In this document: positions 10,149-22,458 of the stretch, one piece after another
Layout: each line of letters opens with the position of its first letter
Numbering within the stretch: position 1 is the first letter of the stretch
Made by a program: the position numbers and the translations under genes
DNA from: Asterionella formosa
Lineage: Eukaryota
Assembly (NCBI GenBank): GCA_002256025.1
Contig: NKIB01014275.1
Coordinates: 1-45,321 of the forward strand
Reading direction: 5' to 3'
DNA length: 45,321 nt
The notes under the pieces: model-generated
What the model was told of the DNA's origin: nothing
The model's database searches: none
What the model saw: the letters and a program-made list of their open reading frames with translations, nothing else

Positions 10149-11943
10149 CGAACAACAGAGCAACAAAGCAAACAAGAAGCAATCAGCAAAATCAAATTCA
10201 TGAACAACGACAACTGATCGATGTTACATACCTTTTGGGGGGAAATGTGCGTAGGGCAATATAAAAATAAATCAATGAATTTGCATCAATTTTTGTATGC
10301 GTCACAATTTTTACTCTTAAATGCAAAAGAAAATCTATATTAAGGCCTACGTATCCTACTATATTGACCTTCAGGTTGCAACCATCCATAGTGTTAGTAA
10401 TGTTAACTCGATGGGCTGTATGTTTGACCATTGTTTCACTATCCCATGCGTGCTGGCAGGCTGCATTAAAATGCATGTGCACTGACATTGTCACTTAGGA
10501 TAAAATTATCATGTACGAAGTTTCGATTGAAATGGTTGTTTTCTTGATGCATGCTCACACGACTGCATTCAGCAATGCAAAGACGATCTTTTGTTAAAAA
10601 TGACACTAATAACGCTTGTTTTCTTGATAAATCACAAGATTGTCTTTAACTTCAACCTTTTTATAGACGATTTTGTGTTAGAAAATTGATACCAGGCACG
10701 CGCGTTCTCTCGACATAACACAAATTGCCTTCAGCGATTCGAAGTCGGTTTCGGATTTTGGTAGAACTCATGCTTGAGGATGTGCTTGAGTTGATCATTG
10801 AATGATTGTTGACTTGTGAAGTAAGTCAAAACCAAGCAAATCAATTGTTTTGTGTTCTTTTTATTATTCCATTCAAACACTTGCTGCCACGCATTGTCAA
10901 TAAAGCAAAATGACAATCAACCTCAAATCTTGCTTCCTTGGTGGAGAACTCTTTATCTTCTGGATGAGGTATCATGAGTTTCAGGAACTTCTTTAAGGTC
11001 TTGAGACAGGCAGCAAAGTTGATCATAAAGATGTTGAAATGTTTCATTGAGTATTATCATGGCATTCACTGATGCTGACTCTCAGAGATATCATGAAGAA
11101 GGTAATCTTCCAGCCACATCACCATGACTTACGCCTATTTAAGCTGCCAATCAAAAACTAATGTGACTATGCATTTGTATATTGGTATTCTAGAACAGAA
11201 AACCCTTCCGTTTTTCCAATCAGCTAGAGTGATAGCTTTCTAATCAATGACACTAGCATCGACATGTCATCTATATTATTTTTCTTCATTTGGAATCATC
11301 TATTACATCAAAATCATCAGTGGTGGATGACAGGTGGGACAGTGGAGTACTGGAAGCACTTGAATTATTGAGATGCAATTGGATCACACCTAATCCCTCC
11401 TTCACTTTGTTCCTTAGACGATATTGCCTTTATTGGCATGAAGCCCTTTGTTAACTGGCGCAACTCTCTTGGATACTTTTTTAATCCTTCAGCTGATTAA
11501 TCGACCATCAACACTGTAAAATGTTACACAATATAACCATGGCATAACTTCACATAATGCTGAGCAGACTTGAGCGTAATGTTGATCTGCAGGCAAGGGA
11601 AGGAGATATCAATACTAGCCAGGGACATGCAGCAGTCTGCCAATGATGACACATCACGGTACATGAGGAACAATGCTGCCTTGACAAAACTAGCACATCG
11701 CTATCAATTGCCGCTCTTGACAGCACCAAATAATCCAACTTTGGTCTCATCTGAAACCGACGATGAATCATCCTCATTGCCTGCTGCTGCTGCTGCTCTT
11801 GTAGCATCTTGGTTTGACGCCAATGGATGACAATATCTTATTGGGACCGTCAAAGACTTGAAGGACAACATTCAGCAAGATGTCATATTTTATGCATGAG
11901 ATGCATTTTTTTATACATAGCTGGTGGTATTTTTATAGACATT

Positions 11944-12007
11944 GTAGCTCCTCTCCTTCACCTCATCGTCAGTGGATAATAGTCATAGTAGCTCCTCTCC
12001 TTCACCT
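11944..12007 (+). repeat. Perfect 20-bp direct repeat GTAGCTCCTCTCCTTCACCT
   Basis: Copies at 11944-11963 and 11988-12007. Confidence 0.9.
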
Positions 12008-12034
12008 AACCCTAACCCTAACCCTAACCCTAAC
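12005..12034 (+). repeat. Interstitial telomeric repeat (CCTAAC)5, i.e. TTAGGG on the minus strand
   Basis: Five perfect hexamers. Confidence 0.9.
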
Positions 12035-12240
12035 ATATATGAGTAATGATTGATTCATGTACATGACTAGATCCAAAAAGGTCATGACTGGGCTAATTTG
12101 GAGACAGAAACAAGATTTACCGGTATTTGACTTGTCTGCTTCAACTAGTAGCTCTATGCCTCGTAAGAACTTCATGAACCTGGTACCCCTCGGAATGTAC
12201 TCCATAATTGCTCAATCTGATCTTATAAAAGCAAACCAGG

Positions 12241-13536
12241 ATGATGCTGACCAAACAAAACCAATTCGCTGTCATCGCTATGTGCGGCTTAGTTGCAGTC
12301 TCTACAATCTTAAATTTTTTCAGTGATTCCTTTCCAGCAATGTGCCAAAAAGTGTCACTGTCCAATGCCAGTGAACGTCAAGGCACCAAGCGGCACTGGG
12401 ATACCCATAATTTACAAATCCGTACTAATGCAGCCATTCCGAATGCCCAAGGGCTCAAACGGAAATTTGTTTCCTACACATCGTCCAAATTAGAAAAGCT
12501 ATGGCTCGATAATGCTGACATGTGGGAAAAAGAAGTTGAGATATGTCATGCCTTGACGGCCTTGCACCCAGCATTAATTCATCAATTGTTAAATGCCACT
12601 TGCACATCGAACTTTGTCGCTCCTTACAGCCATTGGTGCCTCATTGATGACGGAATGTACAAGCTCTGGTACAATAGGGAGAACGATGGAACATTCAACA
12701 AGATGGTCATGACATGGGAGCGACCCCCTGAGGTACCAAATTCAGTTCTACTGCTCCCTGCCCAACCAGTCGTTCCTGGTCCAGACATGGAAGATGTGGT
12801 TTCGAAATTTGTATTTCTAGATGAAACAACTGGAGAAGAATACGTGGAATACATTGAACCCCTAGCATCTCACCTCCGCTTTCCACTATGTCGATGTATT
12901 GACAATATGGGGCCACCTAAAGATCAACTCCCACGGTCTAAAGGGGGGTATGCATATCATTCTGTTGCCTTCAAGGGATGGATCATTCCCCCACCTCCTC
13001 CTGTACGTTACGACAGGTCCTGGTATTTTGATGCAGGAGCATCCTCATGGGACAAGGGAGCCGGTGGGCCATCATTGATATACTTCTACAGCATGTGGGA
13101 ACGCCATGGTATTGATTTCGACAGAATCCTAGCCTTTGAAATGTCTGTGCCAGAAAGCGAATTTTTCTATTCAATGCCACCATATGTTCGATACAGGACT
13201 ACATACCAGCAAACAGCAGTTGTTAGCAATGCCAAAGATCATAGTGTCAAGAATCCATTTTTGCCCACACTCATCAAAGAGAAAGTGACACCAAATGACT
13301 ATGTACTCCTCAAACTTGACATTGACTCTCCCACAATTGAGGTAGGTTCCATTTTGCACATTCTGGATGATCCAGACAATCAAATTGATGAAATCTTCTG
13401 GGAGCATCACATTTCTGGGAACTACCTGTTAACTAGAGAATGGGGTAAGAGAACTCCAAAAACGACAATCCGGGAGAGCATGGACCTCTTTTTGAGAATG
13501 AGACAGCAAGGAATCAGAGCACATTCCTGGATCTAA
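12241..13536 (+). CDS. Type II membrane-anchored protein with C-terminal FkbM-like SAM-dependent methyltransferase domain, 431 aa
   Basis: N-terminal hydrophobic anchor; YFDAGAS, RILAFE, LLKLDID..IE, IDEIFWEHH, GIRAHSW motifs. Confidence 0.75.
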   Translation: MMLTKQNQFAVIAMCGLVAVSTILNFFSDSFPAMCQKVSLSNASERQGTKRHWDTHNLQIRTNAAIPNAQGLKRKFVSYTSSKLEKLWLDNADMWEKEVEICHALTALHPALIHQLLNATCTSNFVAPYSHWCLIDDGMYKLWYNRENDGTFNKMVMTWERPPEVPNSVLLLPAQPVVPGPDMEDVVSKFVFLDETTGEEYVEYIEPLASHLRFPLCRCIDNMGPPKDQLPRSKGGYAYHSVAFKGWIIPPPPPVRYDRSWYFDAGASSWDKGAGGPSLIYFYSMWERHGIDFDRILAFEMSVPESEFFYSMPPYVRYRTTYQQTAVVSNAKDHSVKNPFLPTLIKEKVTPNDYVLLKLDIDSPTIEVGSILHILDDPDNQIDEIFWEHHISGNYLLTREWGKRTPKTTIRESMDLFLRMRQQGIRAHSWI

Positions 13537-15892
13537 TGGTAGGCTCATCAATTGCATTAAATTTTCAAATGTTCATCACTCTTAACTTGTGTTAATGAGA
13601 GATGAGAATTACTTTCCTTGGTATTAATGGCATGAAAACTTTGATATTCTTTTAAGCACATAATAATTCCTGATTTATACCCTACAAAGAACAGCTGAAT
13701 GACATGAAAAATTCGGATTTTGTAGGTTATTGTTAACTTGGAGAAAGTGTTGATGTCCTCCCTCTGTTCCAGTATAGTTGCAACATTCTCAGTGGCTAAC
13801 CTTGCTCAATCCAAGTCTTTCAAAGAAGCAAGATACATTGTATATGCAAGACAATGATCCTCTTTCATATATCCTTCAGATATGGCGAAGCGTCTGAGAA
13901 ATTGCACATTCTCGCGAATAAGCAACTCGAGTCGTTGAAGAGATGAGGAGTACCGCTAGGCCCTAATGCAAGAAGTTGATCAATCTCCATGACATTCAGG
14001 TGAGTAAAAGCGGGATCAAAGTATCAAAGATCAGGCCGGCTTTGGTCCACCTTGATCAGTCGGTTTAAGTGACTATAACAAACCTGCTGAATTGAAGATA
14101 ACAATCAGATGGGAAAGTTTCGTCTGTTGAGATTGCAAGAGGAGTAGGAAAGATTTTTTTTTTCTCTCAACCAGTTTTGTTGAAGATCAGAGAAACAATA
14201 GACTGTGAGGGAAAACAATAGGGTTGAATCAGCAATACCCGCTCCAGCTATCGTCTTGCCATTCAGGTACTTCTAAGTAATTTTTAGTCTCTAAGTAATT
14301 TCTTAAGCAATTTTTTTAATGGGCAATATGGGGCACATCGAATTTTTCGGACATAAAATTGCCGATTTTAGCATGACAACCAGAATAACGTTATTATGCA
14401 TAGAGATGGTACAACAAGCGTATAACACATGAGAATGATTGTAACATGCAACATCAATGAAAATTGAACATGATGTTTGGAGCAACCAAAGTATTAAATG
14501 AGAAATAGAAAAAATTGTTTTGGGCTAGAAATGAAATAAAACATAAGAGTTCCAATGGAGACGTATGCATTGTGAATCATTGTAGTACTTAGTACACACC
14601 AGGCAACATTGCTTGACTTTCCATCACCACACAATCGAAGACCAAAAGAAGAAGAAAAAAAGCTGAACCCAATGTAGACCTGCATCGTTATGTAGCGTAA
14701 ATGGTCTGGTTGCTGCAACCATGCGCATCGCTGTAGTAGCCTGACACCAGTAGCAGTATTTCCGCCACAGCCATTCCTCTCCGCTGCCCACCAAACAAGC
14801 AACCCTGATCAATCCATTCTAAGCAAGTGTGATCGCCACGCTGCTCCAGCACTATTGACTCTCTCTAGCTGAGTATTCATGTAGCTTCTGATACGACCTC
14901 GTAGTTGAAATGTAGCAAAGCGCGTTAGTACAAGAAAAGCATTGCTTGGCGGCAATATTGATATCATTGTCAACGACTATACAAATCAACAAATACAATC
15001 AACAACGGCACAAGACCACATCTTCAATGATTAGTCATTGATAAATGCATTGGTTCTTATGTACTAGATATGTACAATCGAAACAAAACGACAGTGCGTA
15101 ACGACAAACAACGATGGAAGCGATCAAAAAAAACCACAGAAGCAATCAAATCGGAAAGTCGGCCCGATAAATACGATCTACAATCCAGATTCAGTGTTTC
15201 ACTGTTGTACTTTCCGATCCGCTTCAACTAGCATAACAAGCAGCAGACGATGGGATCAAAGAAAGACGAACGTTGCCTATTGCAAGCCCAAATAGAGCAA
15301 AGGCAGGCAAGATAGAGTGAGAACTATATTTGTGAGGGCATACGGTTCGTAAAATCAATGAATATGTGAACGATATAATTCAACATTTCAGGTGTCGTAA
15401 AAATAATACGGAGTCTACAGAGATAATATTATGACGTGTTCAAAGTAAGCGTTAAAGCTAGCTTAAACCATGCATGGTTGTTTTTAGTAACACGTACGTA
15501 CTACGTACGTGGTACTAAATGTAGACTAGATGACTGCCAGTAACCGGTAGAATATCCGTTAAGCATCATTACATACATGACCTGAGCAAAAACTTGCCAC
15601 CAACATCAGATGTATCGATATCATCGTTTGTCTGACGAAAAATGGACGATGCGACTACATGAATGCCTCGAGAAGACAAGCAATCCAACAACCAACCGCA
15701 TCCGTTCGACAACGAATCGCTACTGGCGTCATCACTGAACTGATTTCGCTTCAAACCGGTAATGATGGACGACGATCGGCATGGTGGAAGGTGAATTGCC
15801 GGAGTCCACTTTTCAGGAGACGAACGAAAACGAGGTGAATTCTATATATAAATTATCAAAATCTCCAAAGTTTATAAAATGGTTTCCTTAAG

Positions 15893-16082
15893 TAGACCCC
15901 TTGCCGATTTCGGCAATCCCAGGGCTGGAAAACCGAGGGGCAATTGGCGTCTGTTGTCTTGCCAAAATTCGAACATATGAAATATACAAAATATATTTTA
16001 ATGATGGGCAATATCGGACTTTTGGCAATTTTCGAGGTGAAGATAGGAAATATACGAAATATATTTTATATGATGGGCAATA
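15893..16082. repeat. Repeat cluster: near-perfect 35/36-bp direct repeat, short palindrome and iterated GGCAAT
   Basis: 15979-16013 vs 16047-16082 (one substitution, one indel); TTGCCGA-TT-TCGGCAA at 15901-15916. Confidence 0.7.
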
Positions 16083-19000
16083 GTAAGCTAAAACTGACAT
16101 TTATTTTTTATTTGTAGGCAGTAGGTAAGCGAATGACGCGACGATAGCTAGAGCGGGAATTGCCTCAACAATACTCTTCTTGGCGGCTACTTGCCTCGGG
16201 CGTGTTTTGCCTTCAGCAAGAATCTGCTCAAGAGCAATATTGTATTCGTCAAAGTAGTGAGGGTTGTTGGATCTTCTGAACTGTATAGAGTATGGAAACT
16301 GTGTTTACACATGAAGGATAGGATTTTGGAGATCTGTATTCCACCGAACTGTACAGCGTATTACACTTTCTGTACAAGGTCGAGCACACTAGAGTGTTAT
16401 ACAACTACATACGTAATAATTACAAGGGAAGAAGAAAACAGATGTTGACAATCAGATGCTAGGATAGACCGACGCGTGCCGAGTACAGCGAGGCTGTCCC
16501 GTCTACACAAAAACACGACTTGTACTCAGGCAGGAATACAGCTGACAATCAATGCACAGTAAATAAAATTATAATCAGAACTGGGATTACACAGGACCGG
16601 CTGGAATGTTGAGAAAATGAGGTTAGTTTACAACGTACAGGGATGTAAGTGCCCTCACTAAATATTATGTACAAGAAGAATCACAAAGAACCTCCAGAGC
16701 TTGTATTCTAATCGATGTACTGCCAGACAAGATACATTGAGAAAATTTTTGAGCTGTGACCCATTGAACGCAGAATAACACGTTTTGCTATCAAAACTTA
16801 AATGTAATTGGAAATTCTGAGAGTTCTCTCTCCTTCCTTAGCATGAAGGCTGGTCATCTAAGTATTTAGTTTGAGATTTGGAGTCAGTTGTTCATCTCAA
16901 TAGAGGCCAGAAATGGTGAATCGACCAAAAAATGGAGAACACGGATTAGGGTAAGTTTGGAGTCCTCATTGTCATAAAATATTTACAACAATACATACAA
17001 ATATTTTGATATTGATTTAATCAGTGTCTGATCATTGACCACATGTACAACGATTTACCTTTTTTCTGGTAATGAATTGTACAGAGATGATGGCAAATGA
17101 TATGGGCACACCTATAACAATACACAGATATCACGCAAACCAGTCCCGCCTTGCCAAAGGGAAGAAAATGTCGAGCTTCCAACATCAAGAAGGAGACAGG
17201 CAGAAGCACTTCATTATGCTCAGGTAGTCATTCAACACAACATGCTTGGAATTGTCACAGAACCACCACTTGAAGCCATCAAGGCCAACTATAATGAAAA
17301 GCTCCCATACTGAGCCATTACCAACATGGTGAAGGCTGCTCAGAAGGTAATATGCTTACCTTGGCTGACAAAAAAGAAAGTCGACTAGTGGTTACAACAT
17401 GGCTATGGTATCAGGAGATTTTCGGGCAAACAATGACTTGTGATCATTTATCAATGCGATTAATAGTATTGAATTATTTTCTACAACAATGAATACTGGT
17501 ACTACTGCAGTTAGTGTTCCTGCTGTCATTGTCTCCATGACCACCAAACTTAGTACTACTGTAGGCCTTCTGAAGAGAACCACTCACATGGCATCAGCAT
17601 CAATGCAAAGAAAATCGAGGAATGAATTGTCCAGGTGACCACAGAATGCATGAGGATTAGAGAAGAACAGTAGAAGAATAACAAGAAAGCAAGTAGATTC
17701 ACACCACATGCCTGCATACATCTGCAAATAAAAGTATCATGCATATAGGATTAAGGGTATTGTTCGCTAAGTGGTACAGGATTTTCGTCTATATGATAAT
17801 TTTTGGATCAAAACTAGGATCAAGGTATCCTGTAACTATGATGATTTATTAATATTTTACCAAACTTGAAATATAATGATAATAAGATCATTATCATCAC
17901 ACAATTTCTGTCAACTGATCAACTACATTTCTTATCAATATCATAAACCTTCTCATTTATTTTCACTTCTCGTGATCGCCAAATGTATTACTACAACACA
18001 TCCTAAAATCAGCTAAACTCTATGCTATCATGTGAATTGTTTCATTGTATATCTATCTTAAACATGATCATAATTCTAATCACAAGCATTGTTCAAAATA
18101 GATTGAAATGGATCGTAATTTAACTATCAAATTTAGCAATGCTATCTATGATTCTACAGGCCAGTGACCCAATGTTTCTCTCTCCACTTGGTGGCTCAAT
18201 GTATATTGTCCCTGTCTTGCCTCTGAATCATGTGTCAGGCAGCAGTGCCTACTAATGTTGCATCTATTTCCCTGATGTTGGTGTCACTCTGATCTTGCCG
18301 ACTATTCCGTTGTTTGATTGGTTCTATTGTCCTATGCAGTTACAGTAACAATGAGATGGAATGATTTGTTAGCTAGTCATGTTACACTGACACAACATCA
18401 CGCAATTCCATCATATCCTCCTGCTTCACTTACCAAAATTCAAAGCAACTGATGCATAACTCTGCAATAGTAAATTGTCAGCAGTCAATTTTTGAATAAG
18501 TAAGTTTCAGGTATCCAATGTTGCCAAATAAAACTTACCGATTCATTTTCATTAGCTTAACTTTGAGAGAAGGGAAACGTGGCGTGTCCGTCAGTTATGT
18601 TCCATCAGAAGTGAATCGGTCCAAGGACACGAGCACTAAACAATTTTGTTTTGTTTTACATTGGTGCTCCCCAACAAGCGAAACGAGCTATTGAATCAAC
18701 TGAGAAGAAAGGAAACGTGCGTTTAGTGTACAATTTGTTGTTGTCCTCCCAACGATTGTCATCCATGTACCACATTGATGGCTTCATTAGCTTAAACATA
18801 CTCCATCCTTCGACGGTGCAATGTGTCGAAGCCACAATGTTTTTCGTTATTGCGTAAACTTTCCTTGTCATATGCTTTACTAGCTACGATATTTCTTTTC
18901 ACGAAGCAGGCATTGTTTGTTAATGTAACAAAACGATTTCAAATAAATTTGCCATGCATAAAGTCATAAAATTTGTAAATATATAAATATATTAAGTGTC

Positions 19001-19149
19001 GTACATTTATAAAATTCAAAGGCACTCTCAATATGGCACGTCTGGTGGCATTGTTGAGATGATCATATACGCATAAGAACTCTTAATATCCTTCTGTCCG
19101 ATTGATCATTTCAGGAGTTACATTCGAATTGGTTGTGGTTCCGGCAAGA

Positions 19150-19430
19150 GATGAATTGAGTTGAGTGCTTGTGCTAGTAAATGTACGTATATTTCGGCAG
19201 TGAGAAGAAAGTTATAATAGAGTGGCCATCACCCTCATTATGAGATTACTTTTCTAATTGTTTTTTTATTTGCAAAGCTTTTCCCCAGGCAGTTGAAACA
19301 ATGGCAACAAAATCAGATTTCTCAATAGCAAACGGCAGATCATAATCGGTCTTTTTATTGAGTTTGTCTGCATTGAACTTTCCTCTATGCTTCTTTACCC
19401 ATGCATTCCAGGCATGATAAGAGCACATCG
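19150..19430 (-). pseudogene. Possible pogo/Tc1-like transposase C-terminal fragment
   Basis: IEKSDFVAIVSTAWGKA followed in a shifted frame by WPLYYNFLLTAEI, resembling the post-catalytic region of DDE_1-type transposases; weak. Confidence 0.35.
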
Positions 19431-22400
19431 TCTGCTAATAAAAACTATCATATTTCCATGATGCATCATAGGATTGTGATCATCTGATCATAATTTTTCG
19501 TTATATCATCTAATAATTTTGATAAATGCCCTTGTAATTTATACAGTAACCCTTTTGACTATGTATATTTAATTATTATATGTATTGTTTCTATTAGATT
19601 GCTGTATTTGAATTTATTGGTAGAAAAATGTACCAGCTAAAGTAATGTAATTTGGCTTGTCATTTCCATCTGTCATCGCTCCGATTTTTGCAACAACAAC
19701 GAAATTCTAGCGATGACAAGTGGAATGATTGTTTGCGACAATGACGTCTTCAATTGTTGGTCAAGTGATCATGATATCTTTGAGTAATCGTCATGTGCAG
19801 TGAACCTATGTTCATAATCATTCAATTAAGAGTTTACAGAGAAGAAATTATTCGAACTCGTAATGGTTCCGCACACAGCGCACATTGTGAATCCGTTTCG
19901 TCAACCACCAGCATGACAATCTTGCCAATCAACTCATAAATGACCACATTCTACTTGCTCTCGTTGACATTTTCAATTCTCACATGATACTACATCTACT
20001 ATTGAGATTCAGCATAGAAGGAGATACGAAATTGTAACAGACTACTGTCCACATAGTTTTAGTTATAGAGTGATTCTGATGACAATTTCTTTTTCTGTCC
20101 GTCGCCTCAAACCTGCTTAGCATGTGCATACACACACTGTTGAATTGTTTTAATTGGTATGTTTTTCTTTTATTCACTGTTGAACTTGTCCGCATCTTTG
20201 TTACCATCAATAGAGCGACAAGTGGCTCTCTTCATTGTTGTTTGCTCCTGGAAAAGTCGGTGTCCATGCCATCATCAATAGAGGGAAAAGTGTCCTCCAT
20301 CATTGTGGTTTGATGCTGGAAAAATTGTTACCCATATCTTCATTCGCTCGTTGGAACCACTGTCTGTTGCCTCACTGTGCTCGGTTCAACAATTACTACA
20401 CTCGGTTACCATCACACCAGTTGCACCACGACCACAAGCGCCAAAAAAGCTCCGCATTTCCCTTCCACTGTTTTACATCATAGTCTTCTGGCCCTTTGAC
20501 AACTTTCTAAATGGCATTTCATGGATTTAATGGATTTCATGGAAACAAGAAACATGACTTACTTCCGTCGTTTACAATACACATCTTTATGTTTTCAGAA
20601 ATGAAGATGAAGAAACTTATGAAATCAATCGAAGATTCCTTTGAATAATACACTCAAAGATCAGATGAATTTGAACAGATTCATAATACTCCAGAAAAAC
20701 AATGAATTATGCCGATTCAATAGTGGCAGAGATTGAAAAGAAGGAAAGATTGCTTTCGAAGAGGAAACCCAAACAGTTGTTCTTCGTGGATGAAGACTCT
20801 ATTCCTACAGAGTCAAAGTTCCATCCAGTGTCGTATTTTGCTTGTTCTCCTGACATCGTTGATAATGAAGAAGAATTCATTGATTCTCATTCATTTGATG
20901 AACAAGTGCATGCGATGAATGAAAATACCGGCGGAAATGTGGCAGACATCACTTCTGAAGTAGAAATGGTTGAAAAGTTGCAAAACCAAGAAATATATCT
21001 CACTATTCATCCAGAACGCACATCAAGATGAACATCATGAAAGCAGAGCAGAGAAACTATTGCATTTATAAAATAAAAGGCAAGATATTCAAGAAAAAGT
21101 CTGCGCTAGATCAAGAAGTTGAATTCGAGAAGATCAATGCGCGCAGACAGAGATGTGATGCTGGCGAAGGCAGTTGATGCACTTAGTCGGGAACGATGTT
21201 TGAAGCACAAAATTGAATCTTTTTCCAAATTGTAATATACATTGAAGAAAAATAATTTCTTTGTAAAATCATCAAGAACAAACCCGAAGGCAGCTACTTT
21301 TGTGAAGAGTCGGCATGTGAAATGTGTAGAGTTATTATGCCAAAGCAAACGGCATTTTCCTTGAGATTGCCGAAAACGCATGGACAACTAAAATTGTGGA
21401 AAGAATTGTACACACGTACCCACAAGAAATATTCAAACGAAGTATTTGGACGACTTCCTTGCAATTCATCTTTCAAGAAGGATGATGTGCATTGTCAAAG
21501 TGAAATCCATGATCCAACAAATGAATGCAAACTGTTCCAAGATGAAAGTATGTTGACTTGGTTGGTGGGTCAGATGTAACAGATAACAATTCGTCTGTTC
21601 GATCAGTTGCTGTCCTACCACCTGATGTTTTAAAACTTTCCGGGACTCTCCGTTTGGCGATATACATTTAGCATGCTTCACTTGTATGAAGTGTATGTTT
21701 GACTACTCTGACTTAATATTTTTTAACCCTACCTTGAGCTAGGGGTTCAAATGCAGAAACCTTAACATATTATAAGATTTAATTACCATTGTAAGATGAA
21801 GGAACAAAATATCATACATGCACCCATTAGTTCGAATGATCTGCTGGGTGATCCAGCTATTACATTATTACACTTTCTTCATTTGGCTTCAAACTACCAT
21901 CATTTCCAATTCTCATGAGTATGTGAAGACAATGATGACTCTTGAGTAGACCAATTTGTCTCAAATGGTATTGTATAAACTCCTTTTCCATCAAGGTTGA
22001 ATAATATATGTCCAGGCATAGTTGACAAAGTAGCAAATAATTGTAAATTTACCCGGAAGGACAACAGCCGGGATTCCAATGTGGTACCCCACCATAGTAC
22101 TAACCGGGCCCGACGATGCTGCCTTCGCTATGCATACCGGACGCGGTTTTGTTATCGTAGTATGGTCGTTCCTGTAAAGATATGGCAGCATTTGCATTTT
22201 TACTATATCTGTCAGTACCGACATCGGATAATGGGCGCGCCAATTTTCCTTTGTCTCACCTTCGTTCTTTGGTTTCAGCCATTGCCGCATCAGCAATCAT
22301 TAGGATGTACCGGTACTCTACTACCGGTATGTACAACAGGGACCGTATAGCGGTAAAAGTAGAAAATTATTAGTCGAAGGAGTCTACGTTCATCCGATTA

Positions 22401-22458
22401 TTATTCAGTCCAACTATCATTCCTTCGGTGATGCACTTCTTCCATCCAGAAAGAAACC

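Noticed and set aside
13600..21900. Many short ORFs and protein-like fragments (e.g. 17280-17390, 20702-21579)
   Set aside because: Broken frames without motifs I can support; probably decayed TEs.
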